Source of the DNA: Aquificaceae bacterium | GTDB taxonomy: Bacteria; Aquificota; Aquificia; Aquificales; Aquificaceae | Length of the DNA stretch: 64,000 nt | Direction: 5' to 3' | NCBI GenBank assembly: GCA_037924335.1 | Contig: JAXSMZ010000004.1 | Span: 1 to 64,000, forward strand | Shown: positions 19,453-27,913 of the stretch, piece by piece | Numbering within the stretch: position 1 is the first letter of the stretch | Layout of the letters: each line of letters starts with the position of its first letter | The notes under the pieces: generated by a model | The model's database searches: none | The model's input: only the letters and a program-made list of their open reading frames with translations | Told to the model about the DNA's origin: nothing | Translations under genes and position numbers: made by a program

Positions 19453-20862
19453 ATGGATGTTCTTGGTTTCTACCCCATGTGGTATGTACCAACCTTTGGC
19501 AGTGCATTTACCATTGCCATCATAGCTACAATTCACGTGATGGCCTCCCACACATCTGTAGGTGCTTCTATACTGCTTGCCTATCTTGCCACAAAGGCTT
19601 ACAGGGAGAATCAGCCCCAGATCTACGACTACATCAAAAAGTACCTACTGGGACTTTTAATATTCTCCTACGTGTCTGGTTCTATAACTGGTCCTGGCAT
19701 ATGGTTCTCCGCAACGGTGGCAAACCCGAGAGGTATATCGGCACTCATCCATAACTTTGTTTGGGTATGGGCAGCCGAGTGGGTTTGGTTTATAGCTGAA
19801 GTGACACTTGTTTATATCCTCTTTTATACTTTGGGTAAGATAGACCAGAGGAGCTGGCTAAGGCTTGTTTGGACCTTTGCCATAGGATCTTGGGCAACCA
19901 TGTACATAATAGTTGGGATACTCTCCTTTATGCTCTCCCCGGGTCATGAGAAGTGGTTCACCACAGGAAACATACTTGACGCCTTTTACAACAAGAACTA
20001 CTTCCCACACCTTCTTGAAAGGTCCTCCTTCATGTTTGCCATAGCTGGAACTATAGGAATAGTCATAGCAAGCTTGATGAAAAAGGATATAAGCGAGAAG
20101 GTCTACAAAGATATAGCTAGAACAGTATCTTACTGGGGTATGGGAGGTGTTGTGTTCACTCTTATGTTCTTTGCATGGTACATTTCAACCCTTCCCAACA
20201 GAAGCGATGTGATTCTAAACAACATAATCCCCATTTATCTTAAGCTTCCAATAATACTCATAGTTGTAATAGTTCTGCTTCACTTTTTCCTCACTGCTGT
20301 TAGACCAACGATCGCGAGACCTTGGATAGCTTATCCTATATACATACTCATATTCTTCATGGGTGTCTACCCTGAAGAGAAGATAAGAGAAACTTTAAGA
20401 AAGCCGTACGTTGCCGGTGAATTTGTGTGGGTAAACCAGATCATAGACAAGGATGTTCCGGCAAAGGGTATAAAGTCGGAAGTACCCATAATCGACCAAA
20501 AGGGCCTCTTAACTCTAAACCCTTTTGTACCTGAAGGTTTAAAAAAGATAACGCCCGAGAATCAGATAATGGCTGGAAAGACTATGGCTATACTTGCTTG
20601 CTCTGGATGTCATAATGTCACGGGCTCTACAGGTCTTAGGCCCTTTGGACAGAAGTTTGCAGGTATGACAGACCCAAACGCTGTTTACAACTTTTTGGTT
20701 AGCTATCTGAGAAATAGCCATCCTCCTTACATGCCCAAGCTTGTGGGTACCGATGACGAGGTAAAAGCTCTCTCTGCCTACATAGCAGACATGATGTCCA
20801 AAGGTGGCTCTGTATCCGCAAGGATAGAAGTTCCAAAGGCTTCTCAAGAGGCTAAAAGATAA
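19453..20862 (+). CDS. Cytochrome bd-like oxidase subunit I with C-terminal cytochrome c (OR-C-type)
   Basis: About 9 TM helices; IHV..SH, GPGIWF, AEWVWF..E and E..RKPY (equivalent to CydA EYGRQPW); no Q-loop; CSGCH plus PYMP. Confidence 0.75.
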   Translation: MDVLGFYPMWYVPTFGSAFTIAIIATIHVMASHTSVGASILLAYLATKAYRENQPQIYDYIKKYLLGLLIFSYVSGSITGPGIWFSATVANPRGISALIHNFVWVWAAEWVWFIAEVTLVYILFYTLGKIDQRSWLRLVWTFAIGSWATMYIIVGILSFMLSPGHEKWFTTGNILDAFYNKNYFPHLLERSSFMFAIAGTIGIVIASLMKKDISEKVYKDIARTVSYWGMGGVVFTLMFFAWYISTLPNRSDVILNNIIPIYLKLPIILIVVIVLLHFFLTAVRPTIARPWIAYPIYILIFFMGVYPEEKIRETLRKPYVAGEFVWVNQIIDKDVPAKGIKSEVPIIDQKGLLTLNPFVPEGLKKITPENQIMAGKTMAILACSGCHNVTGSTGLRPFGQKFAGMTDPNAVYNFLVSYLRNSHPPYMPKLVGTDDEVKALSAYIADMMSKGGSVSARIEVPKASQEAKR

Positions 20863-20875
20863 GGAGGTAAGACAG

Positions 20876-22177
20876 ATGAGTGGAAGAGACCTTTTAAGGT
20901 GGTTTTTGGTAGGGGTGCTATCCTTTATGCTGGTGGGTGGTAAGGTTGCTTTGGCAGTTGACACTTCTGCTATGCTAAAAGCTATGCCAGACCCAGCTGG
21001 TGCGCCTTTCTTTCCTGTTGTGATGCAAATACTTCAGGTGCTAACATGGGCACTGCACATACTCTTTGTCTATTCTGCAGTTGGAGGGCTTTTCTTTGCC
21101 ATATATGGATTTATCAAAAGGGATGAAAACTGGCAGAGGCTTTCCTCTGCAACCGTAGAGCTTTCTAAGGTATCCGTCTCCCTTGCCATAGTTTTGGGTG
21201 TCGCACCCTTACTTTTCTATCAGGTCATATACGACCCCCTTTGGTACTCATCGGCAAACCTTTCCGCCTGGTGGTACATTATGTTTATAGTCTGCCTATT
21301 GATAGGTTACTACTTTATCTGGGCTGCATACTTTACAAGGAATAAGCCATCTACTTCCATGTTGATGTCCATACTGGGTATTGTCTTCCTGCTGATTGTG
21401 GGCTTTATCATACACGTGGTCAACTATCAATCTCTTTATCCAGAAAAGTGGGTTAGCTGGTATACCTCCAATGGAACTACTATGAACACGAGCGGATGGA
21501 ACATATACAGCTTTAACCTATTCAGATACTTGGCCTTCTTGGTTTTTCCATCTATAACTGTCACTGGTGTTTTTCTTATGCTATATAGCTGGTATTTCAA
21601 AGATAGAGAAGATATGGATAGAGCTTACTTAGATTGGGCTGGAAGAGTTGGAGCAAGGTTTGCTTTGTTCTCTGGTGCTGGATGGCTCCTTTTCCATATC
21701 CTTTACATCCTCAGCATACCCACAGATTGGGGTGCAAAGGGAAGCATCCTAACATGGCTTAGCGTCCTTGGAATAGCTTTGGCTGCTGGTGTAGTGTTTA
21801 TGGCACAGAAGAACCCAAGCAAGATGTCTATACCTTCTTTGCTTGCTGGAGCCGTAGCCATAATCCTTGTTGCTGTCTTTAGAGAGTATCTGAGGGTTGC
21901 ATCCACGGCCAGGTTCGGCTATTCTATCTATGACTACAAGCTGAACCTTGAATTTCTTAGCCCACTGCTGTTCTTTGGTACTTTGGCTACTGGCCTTATT
22001 CTTTATGCATATGCATGGTGGATGGCCTATAGGGCTGGAAGAACTCCAAAAGGTAAGGTTTATGAAGCTTCGGAGACAGAACATTATCTTGGTGATGCCT
22101 CCGTTTTCGTTGTTATTCTTTGGGCTGTTGTTTGGATAGGTGTGGGACTAATTATCATAGTAAGGAACTACGGTTAA
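20876..22177 (+). CDS. CydA-like second subunit of the bd-like oxidase
   Basis: Polytopic; LHILFV..A.GG, GVAPLLFYQVIY and FREYLR; AGGAGG RBS; operonic with 19453. Confidence 0.65.
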   Translation: MSGRDLLRWFLVGVLSFMLVGGKVALAVDTSAMLKAMPDPAGAPFFPVVMQILQVLTWALHILFVYSAVGGLFFAIYGFIKRDENWQRLSSATVELSKVSVSLAIVLGVAPLLFYQVIYDPLWYSSANLSAWWYIMFIVCLLIGYYFIWAAYFTRNKPSTSMLMSILGIVFLLIVGFIIHVVNYQSLYPEKWVSWYTSNGTTMNTSGWNIYSFNLFRYLAFLVFPSITVTGVFLMLYSWYFKDREDMDRAYLDWAGRVGARFALFSGAGWLLFHILYILSIPTDWGAKGSILTWLSVLGIALAAGVVFMAQKNPSKMSIPSLLAGAVAIILVAVFREYLRVASTARFGYSIYDYKLNLEFLSPLLFFGTLATGLILYAYAWWMAYRAGRTPKGKVYEASETEHYLGDASVFVVILWAVVWIGVGLIIIVRNYG

Positions 22178-22183
22178 AAGTCA

Positions 22184-22204
22184 GCCGGGCTTTGCCCGGC
22201 CTTT
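22184..22204 (+). terminator. Probable intrinsic terminator
   Basis: GCCGGGC-TTT-GCCCGGC hairpin directly after the stop at 22177. Confidence 0.55.
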
Positions 22205-22228
22205 AGAATGTGTTAAACTATTCTGCGA

Positions 22229-23827
22229 ATGCAAAAAGTCCTCATCCTCGGAAGCGGCCCCAACAGGATAGGCCAGGGTATAGAGTTTGATTACGCATGC
22301 GTCCATGCCATATTTTCCATGATGGAAGAGGGAGTCCAAACCATAATGGTAAACTGCAATCCAGAAACAGTCTCCACAGACTATGACACTGTAGACAAGC
22401 TTTACATTGAGCCCATAGTCCTTGAGAACGTGCTTGCTGTCATAAGGAGAGAAAAACCCGACGGTGTCTTCCTTCAATTTGGAGGACAAACACCCTTAAA
22501 GCTATCCTTGGAGCTTCAAAGGTTGGGAGTGAAGATATTAGGGACGCAGCCAGAGAGCATAGACATGGCAGAGGACAGAGAGCTCTTCAGGGACCTGATG
22601 AGCAAGCTGGAGATAAAACAACCACCCAGCCTGGCAGTGAGGTCCAAGGAAGAGGCTATTAAGGCTGCAAAGGAGATAGGCTACCCTGTTCTTGTAAGAC
22701 CTTCCTATGTGCTTGGTGGGAGGGCTATGAAGATCGTTTACGATGAGGAAGACCTTCTTAAGTATCTGGACCAGGCAGTGAGCGTAAGCTACGAGAGACC
22801 CATACTGGTAGATAAGTACCTTCAGGATAGCATAGAGGTTGACGTGGATGCTATAGGGGATGGTGAGGAGTATCTTATAGGTGCTGTAATGGAGCATATA
22901 GAAGAGGCAGGAGTACATTCGGGAGACAGTGCAGCATCCATCCCACCTTACACGCTCAAGGAGGAGATTGTAAATACCATAAAGGAGCAATCAAAGAAGA
23001 TAGCTAAGGCTCTCTCTGTGAAGGGTCTTATAAACCTTCAGTTTGCTGTCCAAGAGGGAGAGGTTTATGTCCTTGAGGTGAACCCAAGGGCCTCCAGGAC
23101 TGTCCCCTTTGTGAGCAAGGCTATTGGCTATCCTCTTGCCAAGCTTGCCGCTAAGATAGGAATAGGAAAGAGGCTCAGAGATTTAGTTCCAGAGGTATTT
23201 GAAAGGTTAGAAAAGGAAAAAGCTCATACTGCCAGCGACTTTTTACCCAAGGATAAGAAGCTTTTTGCTGTGAAGGAGGTTGTCTTTCCTTGGAATAGGT
23301 TTCCTGAGGTGGACCCAGTTTTAGGACCAGAGATGAAGAGCACTGGGGAAGTTATGAGCATTGACGAAGAGTTTGGGCTTGCCTACTATAAGGCTCAGCT
23401 TGCGATTGGTAACAGGCTACCCACAGAAGGTATAGTCTTCCTTAGCGTTGCGGACAGGGACAAGTCAAAGGTAGTTGAGCTGGCAGAAGGATTTTTAAAG
23501 TTTGGCTTTAAGCTGTGTGCCACAACAGGGACTTATAAGTTTTTGAAGGAAAGAGGTATAAATGTGGAGCATGTTCTAAAAGTTTCCGAAGGAAGGCCCA
23601 ATGTGGTAGATATGATTACCAACGGGGAGATAAACTTAGTGATAAACACACCAACTGGGAAAAAAGCGCGTAGCGATGCTTATTACATAAGGAGGGCAGT
23701 TTTGCAACACAACGTACCATATACCACTACAGTGAGGGGGGGATACGCCATGCTCTCTGCCATAAAGTGCTATTTGGAGCACAAAGGAAAGCTAAAGGTT
23801 TATACTCTTCAAGATATACATAGATGA
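22229..23827 (+). CDS. carB: Carbamoyl-phosphate synthase large chain, C-terminal half (split CarB)
   Basis: Begins at LGSGPNRIGQGIEFDY; has the second ATP-grasp domain and the MGS domain; only 532 aa. Confidence 0.95.
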   Translation: MQKVLILGSGPNRIGQGIEFDYACVHAIFSMMEEGVQTIMVNCNPETVSTDYDTVDKLYIEPIVLENVLAVIRREKPDGVFLQFGGQTPLKLSLELQRLGVKILGTQPESIDMAEDRELFRDLMSKLEIKQPPSLAVRSKEEAIKAAKEIGYPVLVRPSYVLGGRAMKIVYDEEDLLKYLDQAVSVSYERPILVDKYLQDSIEVDVDAIGDGEEYLIGAVMEHIEEAGVHSGDSAASIPPYTLKEEIVNTIKEQSKKIAKALSVKGLINLQFAVQEGEVYVLEVNPRASRTVPFVSKAIGYPLAKLAAKIGIGKRLRDLVPEVFERLEKEKAHTASDFLPKDKKLFAVKEVVFPWNRFPEVDPVLGPEMKSTGEVMSIDEEFGLAYYKAQLAIGNRLPTEGIVFLSVADRDKSKVVELAEGFLKFGFKLCATTGTYKFLKERGINVEHVLKVSEGRPNVVDMITNGEINLVINTPTGKKARSDAYYIRRAVLQHNVPYTTTVRGGYAMLSAIKCYLEHKGKLKVYTLQDIHR

Positions 23828-24351
23828 AAGTACTTTTGACTGGAGCACCTGGCGTAGGCAAAACCACACTCGTCAAAAAGGTAGCTCAAAAGCTCAAGGG
23901 AAAGGTCGTAGGCTTTTGGACGGAGGAGGTAAGAGACATATCTACTGGAAAGAGGACTGGTTTTAGAATAAAGGATACTGAAGGTAATTCGGAAGTTTTT
24001 TCCAGCAAGTTTTTCACATCTAAACACTTGGTAGGTTCCTATGGTGTTAACGTGGAGAAGTTTGAAAAGGTAGCCCTGTCCATAATTGAAAAAGCGATGA
24101 AGGAAAAGGGAAAGATAATTCTCATAGATGAGGTTGGCAAGATGGAGCTTTTCTCAAAGAGCTTTGTTTCTCTTGTGGAAAGAATATTCTCTGACCCAAG
24201 GACAAAGGTTTTGGCTACCATACCTATAAGGGATGTTCACCCTCTAGTGGCTTGGATAAGAAGACATCCTTCTGCTGTTCTCCTTCAGATGACAAAAGAA
24301 AACAGGGACAGCCTTCTTGAGGACGTTATAGGCCTACTGACGGAAGGATAA
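23824..24351 (+). CDS. NTPase_1 (THEP1) nucleoside triphosphatase
   Basis: TGAPGVGKTT, GFWTEEVR, IDEVGKME. Confidence 0.92.
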   Translation: MKVLLTGAPGVGKTTLVKKVAQKLKGKVVGFWTEEVRDISTGKRTGFRIKDTEGNSEVFSSKFFTSKHLVGSYGVNVEKFEKVALSIIEKAMKEKGKIILIDEVGKMELFSKSFVSLVERIFSDPRTKVLATIPIRDVHPLVAWIRRHPSAVLLQMTKENRDSLLEDVIGLLTEG

Positions 24352-25081
24352 GTCTTTTTATGTCCAGCATAACACCTACAAAGCAACCTAAAGAGAGGAA
24401 AGGTCCAAAGGGGATGGCAAAGGAAAGACTCTTGTTCTTTATAACTATCGGAAAGGCATACAAAAGCCCAAAGAAAGAACCAAGAAAGACAGCATAAATT
24501 ACTCCCCATACACCTGCTACAGACCCAATGAATGCCATAAGCTTTACATCACCAAAGCCAAGGCCTTCCATCTTTTTAAGCTTTACGTAAAAAAGATAGA
24601 TGAGCAAAAAGGGAACACTACCAGAAAGAGCACCGACTAGGCTGTTCCAGAAGCCAAAACTGTCCCTAAGAAAGGAAGTACTCATGCCAAAGACAAGTCC
24701 ACCTAGATTCAAGCTGTCTGGAAGTATGAAAGTGTCCCAGTCTATGAAGGAAAGAACGAGAAGCACAGAAAAGAAAACAAACATAACAAAAAATTCAAAG
24801 CTTAGCTTCCACTTTGCATAACATAGTACCATCAGAAGCCCAGAGAAAGCCTCCACAAAGGGATACCTGATAGGTATACGAGCCGAACAGTCCCTACACC
24901 TTCCCTTGAGTAATATGTAGGAGATTATGGGTATGTTGTCGTACCACCTTATCTTGGAATTGCATACTGGGCAGTGAGAAGGTGGTATTACTATGGATTC
25001 TCTCCTCGGTATTCTGTGGATGAGCACGTTGTAAAAGCTACCAAGCACTGTACCTACTATGAAGAGAAGCAAGTAGTTCAT
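24326..25081 (-). CDS. pilD: Prepilin peptidase/N-methyltransferase
   Basis: GSFYNV..HR.P, two CxxC pairs, GFGDVKL, PFGPFL. Confidence 0.95.
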   Translation of the reverse strand: MNYLLLFIVGTVLGSFYNVLIHRIPRRESIVIPPSHCPVCNSKIRWYDNIPIISYILLKGRCRDCSARIPIRYPFVEAFSGLLMVLCYAKWKLSFEFFVMFVFFSVLLVLSFIDWDTFILPDSLNLGGLVFGMSTSFLRDSFGFWNSLVGALSGSVPFLLIYLFYVKLKKMEGLGFGDVKLMAFIGSVAGVWGVIYAVFLGSFFGLLYAFPIVIKNKSLSFAIPFGPFLSLGCFVGVMLDIKRLILPSVGL

Positions 25082-26949
25082 AATTTTGAGAACTCTCCCA
25101 CATTTTTCTCGTAAAGAGCTCTTAGATTCTCGCTTCTTTGGGTTATCCAGTTGCTCCTGTAGAGATGAACTACAAAATTTATCTCTGGATTTTTACCACT
25201 GATAACCTTTATCCCCTTTTCTTCTGAAAGGGTTTTAAGGATCTCATCATGAAGGCCCACATCGTCAAAGGACCAAGGAAGAAACTTCCTGCTTTTCTTT
25301 GGTCCCAGAAGGGTTTGAAAGCTCCCTTCAGTCTCCCCATAAAGGTTCATAGGAAGACTGATTTTGGCAAGCTTGCTAATGCCATCCTCAAAGGGAGAAA
25401 AGACTATAAAGTTTTCAAGCCTTTGAGCCATCCTCTGCACCTGTTCTAAGTCAAAGCATTCAAGAAGGTCCTCTCCGTAAACTAAAAGGTTTCTTATGCT
25501 TCCCTCATTTACTGCTTCCCATACGCTTCCTATGTCAGAAAGCTTATCACCAAAGACCTTGTAAACTCCAAGAAAGTTGGCTCCTTTATGAAGCAACAAA
25601 ACTCTAAAGCCTTTATCCTGAGACATTTCTCTTATGAACCTTCCAACCTCTTTGGCATTGGATAATCCTGTTGTATTAACGACTATAACACCATTACCCT
25701 GAAGCCTTTTTATGTCTTCAAGCTCTACAGACGATGGCCTTAGCTTGGCATCCCTTTCTACCTTTCCTACCTTGTAGACCCTACCTTTTATGTAATAAGA
25801 AAGGGCTGGGGCTGTTGAAGTTATATCATCACCTACGAGCACATAAAAGTCTGCATCCTTTACTTCGTCTATGTAAACAGGTTCATAATCACCGTATCCA
25901 TCAAGAAAAGAAAAGAAGTCTGCTTTCAACGGAGAAGTTACGAAGGCACCCAACTTTGTTGCCATTTGCCTTATCCTGTGGAGCACATCGTTGCTAAGGT
26001 AAGAAGAGAGAACAAAGGCAGTGCTATCTCCTTTGTTTTTTAGCATAGATGATAAGAAGTTGACTATTTGGTCAAGGCTTTCCTCTTTGCCATACATCTG
26101 GGGCTTTAAGAGTCTGTTAGTGTTTAAAACATCGTAGCCAAAAAAGGTCTTAGCGCATATGTTTAGGTCCTCTGTAGGCTTTGTTCTGTAAACCTTTTCC
26201 TTTGACCTCCAGTCTCCAACTCCGTACTCTATCTGGACTTCACACCCAACAGGGCAGACGTTGCAAACAGTAGTTTCTTTTTTGACAAGCCAGCTCCTTG
26301 TCCAAAACTTAAAAGGCTTGGATATTATGGCACCAACGGGACACACATGTACACAAAGCCCACACATCTCGCACATGGATGTGTCCATAGGTCTTACGGT
26401 TGGGACTATGTTGGCTTGAAAGCCCCTCTCTTCCACGTAAAGAGCATGGGCACCGTTTATATCGTCACACACCCTTGTGCATCTGTAACAGACAACACAT
26501 CTGTTGGAGTAATACTCAAGAAAGTCGCTCTCCCAATCCAGAAAGTGCCTTTCCTTTTGCAGGGCAGATACGGGAACTATCTGTTTCTGTGGTCCAAAGA
26601 TGGCTCCGTAGTTTTGAAGGTCACATTCTCCAGCCTTATCGCATATGGGACAGTCCAAAGGATGCCTTGTCATAAAGGCCTGTAAGAGATACCTTTGATT
26701 GTCCTTCACCAAAGGATGCTCAGTGGATATAACCATCCCATCCTCTACCTTTGTGTTGCAGGAGGTGATAAGCCTTCCCATCTTCTCGTTGTACACTATG
26801 CACATTCTACAGGCACCTATTATCTTGAGCTTGGGGTGATAACAAAAGTAGGGAATGTTTATACCGTTCTCCAGAGCAACCTGAAGGATAGTTTTGCCCT
26901 TTTGGGCTTCTATCTCTTTACCATCTATAAAAATTTTTACCTTCTCCAT
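25078..26949 (-). CDS. nuoG: NADH:quinone oxidoreductase subunit G
   Basis: FCYHP, CRMC, HPLDCPICDKAGECDLQ, CxxCxxC..C and CNVCPVGC Fe-S motifs. Confidence 0.9.
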   Translation of the reverse strand: MEKVKIFIDGKEIEAQKGKTILQVALENGINIPYFCYHPKLKIIGACRMCIVYNEKMGRLITSCNTKVEDGMVISTEHPLVKDNQRYLLQAFMTRHPLDCPICDKAGECDLQNYGAIFGPQKQIVPVSALQKERHFLDWESDFLEYYSNRCVVCYRCTRVCDDINGAHALYVEERGFQANIVPTVRPMDTSMCEMCGLCVHVCPVGAIISKPFKFWTRSWLVKKETTVCNVCPVGCEVQIEYGVGDWRSKEKVYRTKPTEDLNICAKTFFGYDVLNTNRLLKPQMYGKEESLDQIVNFLSSMLKNKGDSTAFVLSSYLSNDVLHRIRQMATKLGAFVTSPLKADFFSFLDGYGDYEPVYIDEVKDADFYVLVGDDITSTAPALSYYIKGRVYKVGKVERDAKLRPSSVELEDIKRLQGNGVIVVNTTGLSNAKEVGRFIREMSQDKGFRVLLLHKGANFLGVYKVFGDKLSDIGSVWEAVNEGSIRNLLVYGEDLLECFDLEQVQRMAQRLENFIVFSPFEDGISKLAKISLPMNLYGETEGSFQTLLGPKKSRKFLPWSFDDVGLHDEILKTLSEEKGIKVISGKNPEINFVVHLYRSNWITQRSENLRALYEKNVGEFSKL

Positions 26950-26987
26950 AGTTTAGAAATTATATACTTGTTTTTGCTTGCAAGCCT

Positions 26988-27029
26988 GTGAACTACTCCA
27001 TCTATAAGATGGAGCTTCTTGTGGAGTTT
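26988..27029 (-). mobile_element. 42-bp single-hairpin IS200/IS605 remnant (left-end leader fused to right end)
   Basis: Minus strand: CTAC|AAACTCCACAAGAAG-CTCCATCTTATAGATGGAG-TAGTTCAC. Hairpin matches 2101-2130 and leader matches 27626-27642. Confidence 0.7.
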
Positions 27030-27066
27030 GTAGATTTACCCACCCTATTCCACAATATGGCAAAAG

Positions 27067-27528
27067 CTAAGGACCTCGTTTGAATTGCTGGGTATACCCG
27101 AGAGGATGTAATATCTCCCCCCTCGCTACACTCACCGCAAGTGTGTAGAGCCGGTCATTGGAGAGCAAAAGCTCCTGTCCGTTCATCTCCATAAAGTATT
27201 CAAACACGACTACCGCAGTCCTTTTGTTGCCATCAACAAAGGGGTGGTTTTGTATGAGCTTTGAAAAGAGAGTAAAGCCAAGAGAGAAAAGGTCTCTTTC
27301 GCCTTCGTATTCCTTTTTGTTAACCGCAGAAGCTATGGCGGACTCCAGGAGGTTCCTGTCCCTTACTCCAAAAACTCCCTTATGCTCTTGCATTATGAGC
27401 CTGTTAATCTCCACCACCTCCTCGCCAGTGGGCAGTATAAGGTCCTTTTCTGAGAGCTTTAGAAGAAGGTCTTTCCTGCGGTCAAGAATAGCTTCAACCC
27501 TTCTATAAAAAAGCGGACTAAACTCCAT
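27067..27528 (-). CDS. doc: Death-on-curing (Doc/Fic) toxin with N-terminal extension
   Basis: GVRD.NLLESA and HPFVDGNKRTA Doc motif. Confidence 0.88.
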   Translation of the reverse strand: MEFSPLFYRRVEAILDRRKDLLLKLSEKDLILPTGEEVVEINRLIMQEHKGVFGVRDRNLLESAIASAVNKKEYEGERDLFSLGFTLFSKLIQNHPFVDGNKRTAVVVFEYFMEMNGQELLLSNDRLYTLAVSVARGEILHPLGYTQQFKRGP

Positions 27529-27550
27529 AGTTTAAAATATAAGCCATGAG

Positions 27551-27621
27551 GGTCAACTACTCCCTAATGAATTAGGGAGCTTGCCCCTCTTGGGGGCATG
27601 AGGCTGGTTGACTGCAGCCCT
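27551..27621 (+). ncRNA. Truncated IscB omegaRNA/HEARO-like structured element
   Basis: GGTCAACTAC-[TCCCTAAT..ATTAGGGA]-GCTT-[GCCCC..GGGGC]..GGTTGACT; the 5' GTCAAC pairs with GTTGAC; no iscB ORF follows. Confidence 0.55.
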
Positions 27622-27625
27622 TTAC

Positions 27626-27795
27626 GAAACCTCCACAAGAAGGCTCTCCTTTTCAAAGGAGAGATGAATTGTGGTAAAATAATAATACATAAACCTGTCT
27701 GGCATAGGCAGTAATCTATGCCCTACCGTTGGACTGACGGGAAGTTATGCCCTGAGGAAGGGAAGCTCCTCACTTCAGTGAGGAGAGGAAGTCAC
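27626..27795 (+). mobile_element. 170-bp non-autonomous IS200/IS605-type element, family B, with short omegaRNA-like scaffold
   Basis: Inserted 3' of TTAC; left-end hairpin CTCTCCTTTTCAAAGGAGAG; right end GAAGCTCCTCACTTCAGTGAGGAGAGGAAGTCAC; inverted copy at 54731-54901. Confidence 0.85.
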
Positions 27796-27837
27796 GAGGT
27801 GAATCAATTATCAGGATTATACTTAGCCTGAAAATGC

Positions 27838-27899
27838 ATGACATATATCATATTGACATTGGTTCTCACTTCAATAAAATATTGAAACCGAATTTCAAT
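27838..27899 (+). promoter_or_regulatory. Promoter of the porin operon with Fur-like box
   Basis: TTGACA(27853)..TAAAAT(27875); palindrome ATTGAAA-CCGAA-TTTCAAT (27881-27899) over the likely start site; ATGAC-N4-ATCAT just upstream of -35. Confidence 0.65.
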
Positions 27900-27913
27900 A
27901 AAGGAGGTATAAG

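Noticed and set aside
22229..23827. carB as a truncated pseudogene
   Set aside because: A split CarB is normal in Aquificaceae, and this half is intact with its own start.
25078..26949. Isolated nuoG as a novel enzyme
   Set aside because: It has canonical NuoG motifs, and nuo genes are known to be dispersed in Aquificae.
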